Shown in pieces: positions 1-11,619 of a stretch of 64,000 nucleotides of DNA. A program made the translations under genes and the position numbers. Origin of the DNA: Chiloscyllium plagiosum. Its lineage: Eukaryota. Below the pieces are notes generated by a model. The model was not told the origin of the DNA, made no database searches, and saw only the letters and a program-made list of their open reading frames with translations. Each line of letters starts with the position of its first letter. Positions within the stretch are counted from its first letter, which is position 1. The DNA lies in NCBI RefSeq assembly GCF_004010195.1, contig NC_057718.1:5354325-5418324 (forward strand), given 5' to 3'.

Positions 1-79
1 TAGATTCTTGATCAGTTGGGGAATCAAGGGTTACGGGGAAATGACAGGAAAGCAGATGTGAGATATTTCGGGTCAGTTG

Positions 80-1190
80 GGACATCATGTTGAGGTTGAT
101 GAAGCCTCTTCTAGAATACTATGTGTAGCTCTGGTCTCCCAGTTATTGGCAGGGTATGACTAAACTGGAGAGGGTTCATAATAGATTTATCAAGATGTTA
201 CCAGGACTGGAATGTTTGAGTTATAAAAATAGGTTGGTTCGACTGGGATTTCTTTCACTGGAGCGTAGGAGGTTGAGGGGTGACCTTATAGAATTATGAA
301 GTCAGGCGAATATCAAAGGTCATTTTCCTAAGATGGGAGAATTCAAGACTAGAGGGCACATTTTTCAGGTGAGAAGAGAAAGATTTAGAAAAGACATGAG
401 GGGCAATTTTTTATGCAGAGTGGTTAGTGTGTGGAATGAACTACGAGAGGAAGTGATGGATGTGGGTACAGTTACAATGTTTAAAATGCATTTGGATAAG
501 TACATGAATAAGAAATGTTTAGAGGGATATGGTAAAATGCAGGCAGCTGGAACTAGTTTATTTTGGGAGCAAGTTGGCATGGACTAGCGAGACTGAAAGG
601 TCTGTTTGTTAATGTGGAGGAGCCAGTGTTGGACTGGGGTGAACAGTTAAAAATCACACAACACCAGGTTATAGTCTAACAGGTTTATTTAGAAGCACTA
701 GCTTTTGGAGCGCTGCTCCTTCATCTGGTAGCCGCGGAGCAGGATGATAAGACATAGAATTTATAGCAGAAGATCACCATGTCATGCAACTGAAATGATA
801 TATTGAACAGACCTAGATTGCTGTTAAGTCTTTCATCTTTTAGAATGGGTTGCAGGTTTTGGTTCATTAATATGTAAATCCTAGAAGTTCTCTCAAGTCA
901 CATAACTTAAGGATTTTTAACAAAAAGGTGACACCTCAGCTCAGACAATGCATTAAAGGTGTGAGGTTAGAGTCTGTCTGTATCTTAATTTTGATTCAGA
1001 CTGGTTCTATTGCCAAAGTGGAATATTACATGGATTGACTGCCTGCAGATTGTGCACTTTTTGAGCAAATAAGCCTGTTGGACTATAACCTGGTGTGTGA
1101 TTTTTAACTTTGTCCATGCTGTATGACTCTATGACCAGACACGAGGGACTGAATGGTCTACTCCAGTTCTTATTTCTTATGGTCTTATTG
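80..1190 (+). mobile_element. CR1 LINE 3' fragment, interrupted by a Penelope-derived insertion
   Basis: ORF 333..587 (TRGHIFQVRRERFRKDMRGNF..RVVSVWNEL) is a typical CR1 ORF2 C-terminus. The CR1 3' tail (..gctgtatgactctatga) resumes after ~1111. Confidence 0.8.
612..1112. mobile_element. Penelope-like pseudo-LTR fold-back insertion (family B)
   Basis: The left arm (gttaaaaatcacacaacaccaggttatagtctaacagg, ~646-683) is the reverse complement of the right end (cctgttggactataacctggtgtgtgatttttaac, ~1074-1108). A hammerhead-like motif lies on the minus strand at 699-727. Confidence 0.7.
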
Positions 1191-1307
1191 ACTCATTTCA
1201 TTCATCCTACATTTAATAATATTGTTCCCAATCATAGAAATCTGATTAACCAAAACAAATGGTCCTGAAGTCATGGTAATCATATAAACTTCACATTTGT
1301 ATCAGTA

Positions 1308-1513
1308 CTGGCAGTTCCTGGGTTGCGAATAGACTCCATGCTGGAGTCCAGTCACAAGTCAAGTTGTATGCAAGTCAGAAGACAATGCAGGACAATATAT
1401 AGTTTGTAAGTGGAGGAAATATTTGTATGTCAGATCTTTCAAATTACGTCCCTGGTATGCAATCATAAGCATGAGCGTTCGTAACTTGACGTTTGTAAAT
1501 CAGGGCCACCCTG
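1308..1513. mobile_element. Degenerate Tc1/mariner (Tigger/pogo-like) MITE
   Basis: TA|CTGGCAGTTCCTGGGTTGCGAA ... TTTGTAAATCAGGGCCACCCTG|TA forms degenerate terminal inverted repeats with flanking TA. Confidence 0.4.
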
Positions 1514-2931
1514 TATTCATTGTTTTAGGAGCTAAGAGATAGGAGGTGATCATCCAGCCTCTCAAGTCTGCTCGGTTCACCTTGATTGGAAATGATCTAT
1601 ACTTTCGTTCTAATCACCCTCTCTCGCTCCATGTTGGTTGAAAACCTCACCTATCAAAATTTTAGCATCCTTCATCATGAGGATGCGATAATTCCATCCA
1701 TAAACCTGTCTGGGAGAGAGAGACTTCAAAGTTTCCACCTGATTTTTTTGGGATAAAGTCTTGCTGATTTCTGCAGCTACTTTTAAGGTTGTGACCCTGT
1801 GTTCTTGATTCCTCTACCAGAGAAAGTAATTTCTCTTTGGCCTGCTTATGGAATACTTCTCACTGTTTTAAGCATTTTGGACAGGCCACCAATCGATCTC
1901 CCATCCTCAAACTGACACCGAGTGTTAACCTGCCAAGTTCTGCTGTTCTCCTGAATCTTTGGATCCGAGGTCAGTGGATCCTTGCTGACATATTGTGCCC
2001 AAACTGAAGGCAGTATTTTTTGAGTGATCTGTTTAACTAAACCATATCTATTTCCCCATTGTTGCCCAACTATTCATCAATCACTTCCCCTGCAGAATAA
2101 GCCTCCATGTTGTAGCTGAGGTCAGGAATATAAATATTTACATATTCACACTGGCTGTATCTCTTCAAAGGGGCAGGGGACTTGAATTCTAATCATTAAC
2201 GAACTCCTCAACTCAATGCACAGCAACATCTCTCAATTCCTAAGGGACAGCTTTCACTTCTGTTCAGGTTATACAAGCTTCTTGTAAGAATTTTTCTATT
2301 AGTGAGTTCATCCGAGTTCAATGCATTCAATTAGTGCAATTTGAAGCATCAGTTCGAGCTCTGTGACTTATGGATCACTGTGCACTCAGACATCTCAGTG
2401 TTATTATTAATAATAATATAAAACTTGGTCTCAGATTCCACCATGTGCCAAGCAGATAAATCCTTTTCGCATTGAGGAGAACATTGAAGGGTTTTGACAG
2501 AGAAACAAAGACAAAGTGCTTGCACTGGTGAGAGGGTCAGTAACTGGAGAACACTAATTTAACATAATTGACAGAGGAACCTCAGGGAAGTTGGGGAAAA
2601 TTTATTTTACGCGTTGAGTTATTGCCATGTGGAATGCACTCTATGAAAGGATATTGAAAGCAGACTCAATAGTAACTTGCAAAAGGGAATTGGATAAATA
2701 ATTTAAAAGGAAAAGCATGTGCAAGGCTGCATGGAGCAAATAGAGAATGGGGATTAATTGCATGGCTTCCTGAAAGTGTTGTTAAAGATATAATGGCCCA
2801 GTGGTCTCCTTGTGAACTATGTGAGTCAGCATGACGTGAATTTGCAACAGCACAGTCTCCTTCCATTATGAACAATTCAGGCTAATGAAAGTAAGGCTTT
2901 TTTATCCTGTATTAACTGAACTTTTCCACAG

Positions 2932-2968
2932 GGACCGTCTGCTTGGCTTAAATCGCAGCAATCGTGAG
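2932..2968 (+). CDS. Candidate 37-nt internal exon of an unidentified host gene (reads DRLLGLNRSNRE)
   Basis: Acceptor taactgaacttttccacag| and donor GAG|gtaaaa. One frame is open, there are three CpGs in 37 nt, and the context is not repeat-like. No homologue recognised. Confidence 0.25.
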
Positions 2969-3179
2969 GTAAAAATACTGTGTGTGTGTATGTGTACCTG
3001 CCTGAATGGATGCAGACAGCACAAGGCTTTCCTGTAGTTTAAAGCAGCAAAGAATCCTATGCATTGGCTTCCTCTGCTGGAGTCTATATGTTCGTCTGTG
3101 CTTCCCATGTTTCACACTCTAATAGAAATACCACACAAACATCCTGCAGACTCAGGTGTGATACTCACAGAAGCCAACA

Positions 3180-3384
3180 CTTTTGGAGGTGTGGACTTTC
3201 AGATGAGATATTATATCAAAGCCTCGTCAGTTGGATGTGAAGGATCCGATAGCACTGTTTTGAAGACTTTCTCCCTGGTGTCTTTGGCTGCTACTTAACC
3301 CACAAAACCACCTAATTAAAAACAGATTATCTGATCACCTATTTCATCAGTGTTTGTCACAGTGTGCTGTGCTCAGGTTGGCCG
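3180..3384 (+). mobile_element. Deu-domain SINE (SacSINE1/AmnSINE-like), degenerate
   Basis: ggaggtg..ctttcagatgagatatta...aaaacagattatctgatcac matches the DeuSINE central-domain pattern as I recall it. Confidence 0.55.
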
Positions 3385-3459
3385 TTGTTCCAATCACAAT
3401 AGGCATCATGGTCAGTGCTGAAGGGCCCGTTGCTGTACTGCTCTGTTGCTGTAATGTTA

Positions 3460-3625
3460 TAAAACCCATCAGGCTCACTAATGTTCCTCAGGACTGGGGA
3501 ATATGCCATCCTGACCTGGTCTGGCCTACGTATAATGTTGTTGACTCTTTACTGCCCCAGGGCAATTACGGAGAAACAATAAATGCTGACCTAGCCAGTG
3601 ACATCCACTTCCCATAAATGAATCA
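3460..3625 (+). mobile_element. 3' part of tRNA-like SINE (family S2) sharing its tail with the L2/CR1-group LINE
   Basis: aaaacccatc..cactaatgt..cctggtctggcctac..caataaatgctgacctagccagtgacatccac; the same tail occurs at ~11380-11432. Confidence 0.65.
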
Positions 3626-3713
3626 ATAGAAGGTCACGGACCGTTGAATTGTCATTAAAAACCCATCCAGTACTCACTAATATTCTTTAGTGAGGGGAAG
3701 CAACTAATACTGT

Positions 3714-3741
3714 CTGAAGAAGTGCTTATGCCTGAAACGTC
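3714..3741 (+). ncRNA. Minimal type I hammerhead ribozyme motif (Penelope-associated)
   Basis: CTGAAGA-A-GTGC-TTAT-GCCT-GAAA-CGTC. Core CUGANGA and GAAA, stem II with a mismatch, palindromic ACGT stem III, GUC triplet. Confidence 0.6.
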
Positions 3742-3841
3742 GATTCTCCTGCTCCTTTGATGCTGCCTGACCTGCTGCGCTTTTCCAGGAACACATTTTT
3801 CAGCTCTGATTTCCAGCATCTGCAGTCCTCACTTTTCTCCC
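3716..3841 (+). mobile_element. Penelope-like pLTR 3' end (family A), truncated at the hammerhead motif
   Basis: Homologous to the ends of the 11620-13828 element. 10-bp TSD aatactgtct at 3706-3715 and 3842-3851. Confidence 0.85.
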
Positions 3842-4327
3842 AATACTGTCTACAACACAGTTAGACTTTTAACTTCCCTTCTCTTTCAGCTGTGAATTTA
3901 CTCTATAAAATGCAATTATGTAAAGTTGAGGCACAAAGAAACAGCGTGTGCAAAATTATCATACAAAATAGTCTTCTAAACATGTCCAGGAAATTTCAAT
4001 GTAACAGCAGCATGAGGATATGAAGGATTGTACAACTAGGAAATTCACATTTCACTGATTTACACCAATGTTATACCAGTTATCACCACATTTTATATCA
4101 CTGGAAATATAGCTTGTTAGAAAAGCTCTATATGTAAGCAATAATCTGAATTTCCTGAGTGGGTATAGAAGGTTACGCGCTCAACTTTGGGAGCAGAGCT
4201 CTAACTGATGTTTCATAGGAACAGAGTAGCAGGAGCAGACCATTCAGCCCCTTGAGTCTGTTCCACCATTCAGTATGATCCTGGCTTACTTCACCAGCAC
4301 TTTCCTGTGCTATCCCCATATCCCCTT

Positions 4328-4502
4328 GGTTTCCTCCCACAGTTCAAAGATGTGCAGGCCAGGTGAATTGGACATGCTAAATTGCCCATAGTGTTAAGTG
4401 TATTAGTCAGAGGGAAATGGGTCTGGGTGGGTTACTCTTTAGAGGGTCGGTGTGGACAGGTTGGGCCGAAGGGCCTGTTTCCACACTGTGGGGAATCTAA
4501 TC
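4328..4502 (+). mobile_element. HE1-like V-SINE, 5'-truncated, inside an antisense CR1 fragment
   Basis: ggtttcctcccacag..gtgaattggacatgctaaattgccc..gggccgaagggcctgtttccacactg..aatctaatc. Confidence 0.85.
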
Positions 4503-5061
4503 ATATCCCGCTATACTCGAACAAAAACATAGCTGTCTCAGATTTAAAATTAACAACTGATCTAGTATCAACTGCTGTTTGTGGAAGACAGTTCCTAACT
4601 TTTATCACCTTTTATATGTTGAAGTGCTTCTTATTATCTCTCCTAAACAGGAAATGATTTATCTTTATGTACTCTGTCTTTTCCTGTTAATATGTTGAAG
4701 ACTTCAATCAGATCACCCCTTTCACCTCAATTCTGGGGAGAACTGACCTAATTTGTATAATCCCTCCCCGTAAATTAACCACTGAAGTGCAGGCATTATT
4801 CTCATATCTCTATATTATAATCCTTCCAAGGCCAATATATGCCCAGATTTGCTCACTGTACTACAGTTAGGGATTCCCTGGCTCTGATTTATAATGCTGT
4901 GTGTCAAAATCTGCTCCAATAGAGCCTATTGGGCTGACAACGTCTGCTGGATTTCCCTGAGAAATCTTAATGATGAAAAGCCAGTGCATGCAGATAAAAC
5001 AGGTTTTCACAACCTTTCTATCGTTTCCACACAGCCAATCTTTTTAACTTTTCCTCACAGC

Positions 5062-5750
5062 CAAGGGGTTTACCAGGATGTTGCCTAAATTGGAGCATAA
5101 GAGATATAAGGAGATTTTGGACAAACTTGTATTGTTTTCATTGGTGACTGATGAGGGCGACCTGATAGTCATACACAACGTTATGAAAGGCATGGATAAG
5201 GTGGGTAGTCAGAATCCTTTTCCCAGTGTGGAAATGCCAAATACCAGGTGCTTAGGTTTAAGGTGAGAGGGGAAATATTTAAAATAGAGGCACGTTTTTT
5301 TACACAGAGAGTGGTGGGAGCCTGGAATGTGCTGCCAGGGGAGGTGATAGAAGCAGATACAATAGCAATATTTCAGAAGATTTAGACAGACACATGAACA
5401 GGCAGGAAATAGAGGGATATGGACTATGTACAGGCAAATGGGATTAATTTAGAACCCCACAATGGTCTGTCTACTATCACCAGGTCATCATTTATTTACA
5501 CATGCATAGTACACGACACTGACCCAGTGAGCACAGAGCTGGCTCTGAAGGTGAGCAGAACACTTGACATTTCAGTTTGTATCTGTCAGTCAGGGCTCCC
5601 TGATTGAACCAGGTTAACAGACCCAATTGGGGAACTCATTCAATGATATCCACCTGGCTGGCATTGTTCCAATCACAACAGGCATCATGGTCAGTGCAGA
5701 CATGGTGGGCTGAAGGGCCTGTTGCTGTACTGTTCTCTGTTCTACGTTCT
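5062..5750 (+). mobile_element. CR1 3' fragment interrupted by an antisense solo LTR (~5452-5680)
   Basis: ORF 5078..5266 resembles the CR1 ORF2 C-terminus. The insert is the reverse complement of the 6879-7109 LTR family (ends ..ttccaatcacaaca). Confidence 0.7.
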
Positions 5751-6878
5751 TTGTAAGTGCGTATGGTGGGAATGGGGAATTTGGAGAGAAACTGGAACCA
5801 TGGCCCGTAAGAAAATGGGAAGATTGGGAATGTGCAATGACACAAATTGGGAATGGCACAGTGCAGGATAATGAAAACTGGGAGAGTGGGAGGAGTCAAA
5901 TAAACAAAACTGGAAGTCTCCTGATAATTGTGACTGTGAACTGGAATGAAGGGAGGATTTGGCAATTGGCAGCTAGTTGCCCCACCTTTCAATTTCATTG
6001 CCATGGTGCACTATCGTGGTGGATAATACTGCTTTCATCTTTACCTGATTGCCTCTTTCTTCCATTTAGTTGAGACCTTAATGTTTGTGATATGCTGTGC
6101 ACTCTTGTACGTGCACAAATAGAAACCCCGAGCAGAGTTTGTGATTTTTGCGGGTGATTTGCTGACTTGGTTCCATAGCTGACACATTAACACCCTGGGA
6201 GAGTGATGAAAATGGCAACATCCTCAAAGCATCTCCCGAGACTCTGAACTTAATGAGACTAAAGCCATTAAATCTTATCTCCAATAGCAATCTATGAAAA
6301 AGAAAATCGCTTCTATCTGTTGTAATTGGCTGGTATTTATGAAAATGAGCTCCAGTAACCATAGTAACAGAAGTTAATCTCCTCAGATGGAGAATTAGGC
6401 TGATTAGGTTGAGGAGAATTTAAATAGTCGAAAGAGGAGTGATAGGTATTACCTGTCTGCTTTGCAATGGAAAAGACCAGCTCACTTTATCAAATTATTA
6501 ATGATGCAAACTTTGATATTACTGTCAGGTTAACAGGGGTCACTCTAGGCCTGATTCAAAGTACTCCTGAACTTTTATTGTTCCTGATTTCTTCCACTTG
6601 TAACAGATTGATGCAATGTTGCACCAGGGGCTTCTAACCTAAGTCATGCTCAGTGTGCCCTATTAGCTCATGTTAGCCTCTTCCTTCATGTTGCCTGTCA
6701 AAACAATTGTCCTTCGTGACTATTTTTGCCATTGACACGGCCTTTCAGTGATGTTCCATGTATGGTGTCATCTTGCCAAATGACCAGTTGAAGGGGTTTA
6801 TCTTATGGGGAAAGGTTGGACCCATACTCATTGGTGTTTAGGCGAATGAGCAGTGTTGATCTTACGGAAACATATCAG

Positions 6879-7109
6879 TGTAGTGATTGGAATGAGGGCC
6901 ATGTAGATTATTGGGTATGAGATCCTTGATTGGGATTGTTAACCTGAACCAATCAGAGAGTCCTGGCTGACAGATATAAACAGGAGATTCAGAGAATCTT
7001 CTCATTCTCGGGACTGGCTCTGAGCTGGCTGGTTAGAGCTCAAGTACTGTACACATGTAAATAAAGGTTAACTTGGTGACGGGATACCAGCCTCTGTGCA
7101 GAGATTTCA
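6879..7109 (+). mobile_element. Short solo LTR (231 bp) inserted in a CR1 fragment
   Basis: TG...CA ends; 5-bp TSD atcag (6874-6878 and 7110-7114); internal CCAAT, TATA-like gatataaa and AATAAA in LTR order. Confidence 0.8.
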
Positions 7110-7637
7110 ATCAGGTTTTGAGGAGGTTTGACAGGGTGGGCGATGAGGCAGATGTTTCCCTGATGGAGGAATCTAGATCCAGGGGACAAAGCTTAGAAAT
7201 AGGGCTCCTTTCAGTCAAGACAGAGATGAGAAGAAACGGTTTCTCTGAGAGTTGTGAGTCAGTCTGATTTTCTTCCAGCTAGAGCAATAGAGGCTGCGGA
7301 ACTGAGTGTATTCAAGGTTGAGTTAGACAGATGTTTGATTGACAAGGGGGTGAAAGGTCATGGGGAGGGGAATCAAACAGGAGTGGAGATAAAGCCACAT
7401 CGCATCAGTTGAGTGATGATGGATCAATCTTGAGGAGCAGAATGGTCCTGATTCTTGTGTTCAGAAATGGCTTAATTATTGGCTCTTTTTGATGTCTGTA
7501 CTTCCCTTTAGAATTTCAATCTGGGCATTTTCACAGAGTCACAGAATTATTGACAATGCTGAAGGACATTCAATCCATCATACCTGCACTCGGTCTCCAG
7601 TGTCATTCTCCTGCCCTTTCCCAGTGACCCTGCATAT

Positions 7638-7834
7638 GACAAACAAAAACAGAAGTCACTGGAAAAGTTCAGCAGGTCTGGCAGCATCTGTGAAGAGAAA
7701 TCAGAGTTAACCTTTCGGTTCCGGTGATCCTTCCTCAGAGTCTCTCTTCACAGCTGCTGCCAGACATGCTGAGCTTCTCCAGCAACTTCTGTTTATGTGT
7801 ATGATTTACTGCATCTGGAGTTCTTTTGGTTTTA
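7638..7834. mobile_element. Penelope-like fold-back insertion (family C)
   Basis: Internal inverted arms; TSD accctg(c/t)atat at 7627-7637 and 7835-7845; minus-strand CTGAGGA-A-GGATC-ACCG-GAACC-GAAAGGTT at 7709-7738. Confidence 0.8.
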
Positions 7835-10236
7835 ACCCTGTATATTTCTTCTGTTTAAATAATCATCTAATACACTCTTGAATGCCTTGTTTGAGCTTCC
7901 AGGCAGTATGTTCCAGATCATAAACACTTGCCAATGTGAATAAATCTTTTTTCTCATGTCACATTTACGTTTTTGGCAAATGACTTTAAATCTGATGTTT
8001 ACATTCTTGATGTGTTTACAAATGGGAACAGTTTTTCCCGATCCAGTCTGCGTAGACCCTCATAATTTTTGTCAATTCAATCAAGTCTTCCCCTCTCCAA
8101 GGGACAAACAATCTCACAATCTCCAATTCATCCTCATAACGGAGGTTTCTCATCTCTGGCACTATTCCCGGGATTTATGAAGACATGTTAGTTAAAACAT
8201 GGCTTGTATTCCCTTGCGTATGGACTAGTGAGGGGTCAGCTGTCAGAAATGTTCATATGTTAGAGGGATTCAATCAGATGAAAGCAGAGAACCGATCTAC
8301 TGTCAGGGGAATTCACAATGAGGAACATAGTTGATTTAATTTGATTTATTCGATTTGACTTGATTTATTTATTGTCACATGTATCTTGTTACAAAATACA
8401 CTGAAAAGTGTTGTCCAGCATCACTGCTCTCTGGCTATACCTTAAAACACAGAAAACTAAAGCAAAACATAGAAGATACAGACACAAAAATGAAGAAATA
8501 ACAGTCCTTTTTGTGAAGATTTAAAAATATTCATGTTGGGACATCCAGCAAAGAAATCAGAAAGCACTTGATCAGACAAAGATATGACTGAACTGATTCG
8601 ATTTTCTTTTGGTTGATGGTATCAGGGGCTATGGAGCTGAAGGGCTTCCTCCTATCTCTTTGTCCTGAAACAATGTTACTCCATGAAAGCGGGTAGATTA
8701 AATTATCTTCAAGTCAAATGATTGAACAGTTGGGCATAATAAACTAAATGAATCTTTGAAAAATGTAATTGTTGTGCTCAGTCATGGGTTCTAAATGTTG
8801 CCATTGAACATAAGGCAGACCAAACTCAAGGAGCTAAATGGCCTCTTCTTAGTCCTAATGTTATGATCTTTCCTGATTAGTTGTTAGACTTTTCAATCAT
8901 AATTTAATAGCCAGTGACAACACATATTCAGTTCAGTATAATACAACAGTGACCTTCCTTCCTGATACCCCTTTCTGTGGTTGGCTGAAAGAACTCTGTT
9001 TCCATGCTGTGTACCTGATGCAATGGTGATGGTTCGATTATTTACTTCCCCATCTAGTGGGTTTGAAACCAGGGGGAGAAATGAGTAAAATCCAGTGGGC
9101 GCTGCACTCCCCACCCAACTGTCTGCCACTCCCCACATCCCAGTGAGCTCACTGAGAAAGGAGCAGCTGTGTAACCTGCCTACTTTTGAGACTATTGAAT
9201 TGACCACAAAGACCTTATCTGCCCCATGGGTGTTATATTTGTAACAGGTGATGCCCATGCTCTCTTCTAACAACCTGTCTCTTGGTCACTCACTATTGTC
9301 TTGTCATGGTCTGCCATCTTGATCCTGGTGGCCCCAGACCTGCATGGACTTCTTGGAATATTGAGACTGCCCATGCCACCAGTGACCACCACTGCTGTGA
9401 TGACAGAGCCAGTCATCTGATTAGCTGGCGGCTTTCTTAGAGGGGACTTCTAACCTCAAGAAGGGCAGATGTTGAGTTTCCAATTACTTAGCATTGCTGC
9501 CAGTAGACAGTTTGAAAAGGAGGGAGATTAACCTTTTCTCTCCCTACAAATGGTGGCCGACCTGCTGAGTTTGTCCAGCACTTCCTACTTTTACTTGCTT
9601 ATTCAAGGGCATGACATTTTTATTTAGAAACTGGATTTGATACTTTTGTGACACTAAGTGATACTCAGTGGTTTGGGGTTGAAAGAGAAAAGAATCCACT
9701 TAGCAACAATTTTGGATTGGTTCTCAGCCGTAGCTTGTCACAGAACTTAGAGGAGAGACAGCAGTTTGAAAGAGAACTCCAAAAGCTTTTCATCAAGTGA
9801 GGTCACTCTTCCTCTCTATCTGTGAGTGGAAAAGAGATAACAGTTAAAGACACTGCAAAGATAGAAAATTGTTAACTCAAGCTGAGACCTAGGTCTAACT
9901 GTCCTTCTTCTGAACTGAGGATTACAGTGGTCTACAAACGTGTGATGTCATAATTAAAAAGCAAATAATGAACTGTGAGAAAGTCATCTCACTCTACCCC
10001 CTTTAATGTGAACTCTTGATCTACAGACTAACAATAGTCCTGAGAAACAATCAATCTTGTCTGTCCTATTTATGAATGCATGCATGCGTGCACATTTGGA
10101 TTTAAATGACGTATAGTTTAATTTATATTTTAGCAATTAATGATCTGTTTTCTATATGCTAGTGGACAGATTTCTGATAAAAGTTTTTTGTTTCCTTATT
10201 ATTGATGACACCTGGTGTAAGTTTCTTTGTACTAAA

Positions 10237-11432
10237 CTATCCATCATCTACAAGGCACAAGTCAGGAGTATGATGGAACACTTGTCACAAAGCTGCTCCC
10301 TTTTTTCTAAAAGCTGTTCCTTTTCTCAAGGACACTGTGTCCTTGATATTTTTCAGAGGGGTCATAAACATCTCCCCAGTTTCGATTAGACTTTGGTACA
10401 GAGGTTAAAGGGTATTGAGAGGCCTTTTTGTTTATATGTAAACAGATGAGACTTCAAACCAAAGTGGTCATGTTTAAGAAGTGACCTGTATAATGAAAGG
10501 GGCCTGGAGCGCTCTCCAGCTGAGCAGTTCAGACCAGAACTAGTTAGGAGTTCAGCTGTGTGGAAACAATCTCTCTCTCTCTCTTCACCGCCCCCGCCCC
10601 CCTCACTCCTTCTGCCCTTCTAACTTCAACCTGTAAACATTTATTCCATTTTTACTGTTTTATTAAGGCGTTTGGTTATTGGGACTGTTGTGTAAATTCA
10701 GAACGGATAATAATGTCTAGTTTGGAGAAACTGAGTTCTGTAGGGGTTATTTATTTTGTTCTTTGTGTTTCATTGTGTAATTTTGTGAATTTTTTTTGTC
10801 TGTTTTAAAACATGGTCATCAACCTAGCCAACTTATTCCGGGTAATTGTCACTGTACATTTACCAAACAAAATTGCAAAGTTATGGTCTGGGCTGCCTGC
10901 TTAAGAATGTTTTGAGTGGTCTGGCCTAGTCTATAACATACTCCCCAGTTGACTGGATGAGTACAACTCCAGCAACACTCAAGAAGCTTGACACCATCCA
11001 GGACAAAGCAACTTGCTTACATGACAGTACATCCACAAGCATCCATTACCTCCACCACCTACGCTCAGTAGCAGCAGTGTGTACTATCTACAAGATGCTC
11101 TGCAGAAATTCATCAATGATCCTCAGACTGCACCTTCCAAACCCACGTCCACTTACACCCAGAAGGGCAAGGAAAACAGATATATTGGGAACACCACCAC
11201 TTGCAAACTCCCCTCCGAGCCACTTACCATCCTGACTTGGAAATGCATTGCCATTCCTTTAGTGTCACTGGGTGAAAATCCTGGAATTCCTTCCTGAAGG
11301 CCATTGTGAATCAGCCCACAGGACTGCAGCGGTTCAAGAAGCCAGCTCACTCCCACTGTATCAAGGGGCAACAAGGGAGAGGAAATAAATGCTGACCCAA
11401 CCAGTGATGTGCACATCCCACAAATGAATAAA
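10237..11432 (+). mobile_element. L2/CR1-group LINE 3' fragment, split by the solo LTR
   Basis: Reads IYKAQVRSMME|..STTPATLKKLDTIQDKA (ORF2 C-terminal region). 3' tail ..aataaatgctgacccaaccagtgatgtgcacatcccacaaatgaataa. Confidence 0.75.
10283..10938 (+). mobile_element. Solo LTR (656 bp) inserted in a LINE
   Basis: TGT...ACA ends; 4-bp TSD cact/tact (10279-10282 and 10939-10942). The LINE sequence (gatggaa-tact-cccc) rejoins across it. Confidence 0.8.
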
Positions 11433-11619
11433 ATATATTACTTAGATAACAATTACAGTCAGACATTAAACATGCTAGTGATCGTTTTGGTCAGATTTTG
11501 GATTTGTGATGTCTGACACGCTTGATTCCCAGTGCATTAATCCCATCGGGGTCATAATGTGGCTCAGAGCTAAAGAGCTTTCCTTTGATTTATTCACGGT
11601 ATGTGCTTATCTCTGGCAA

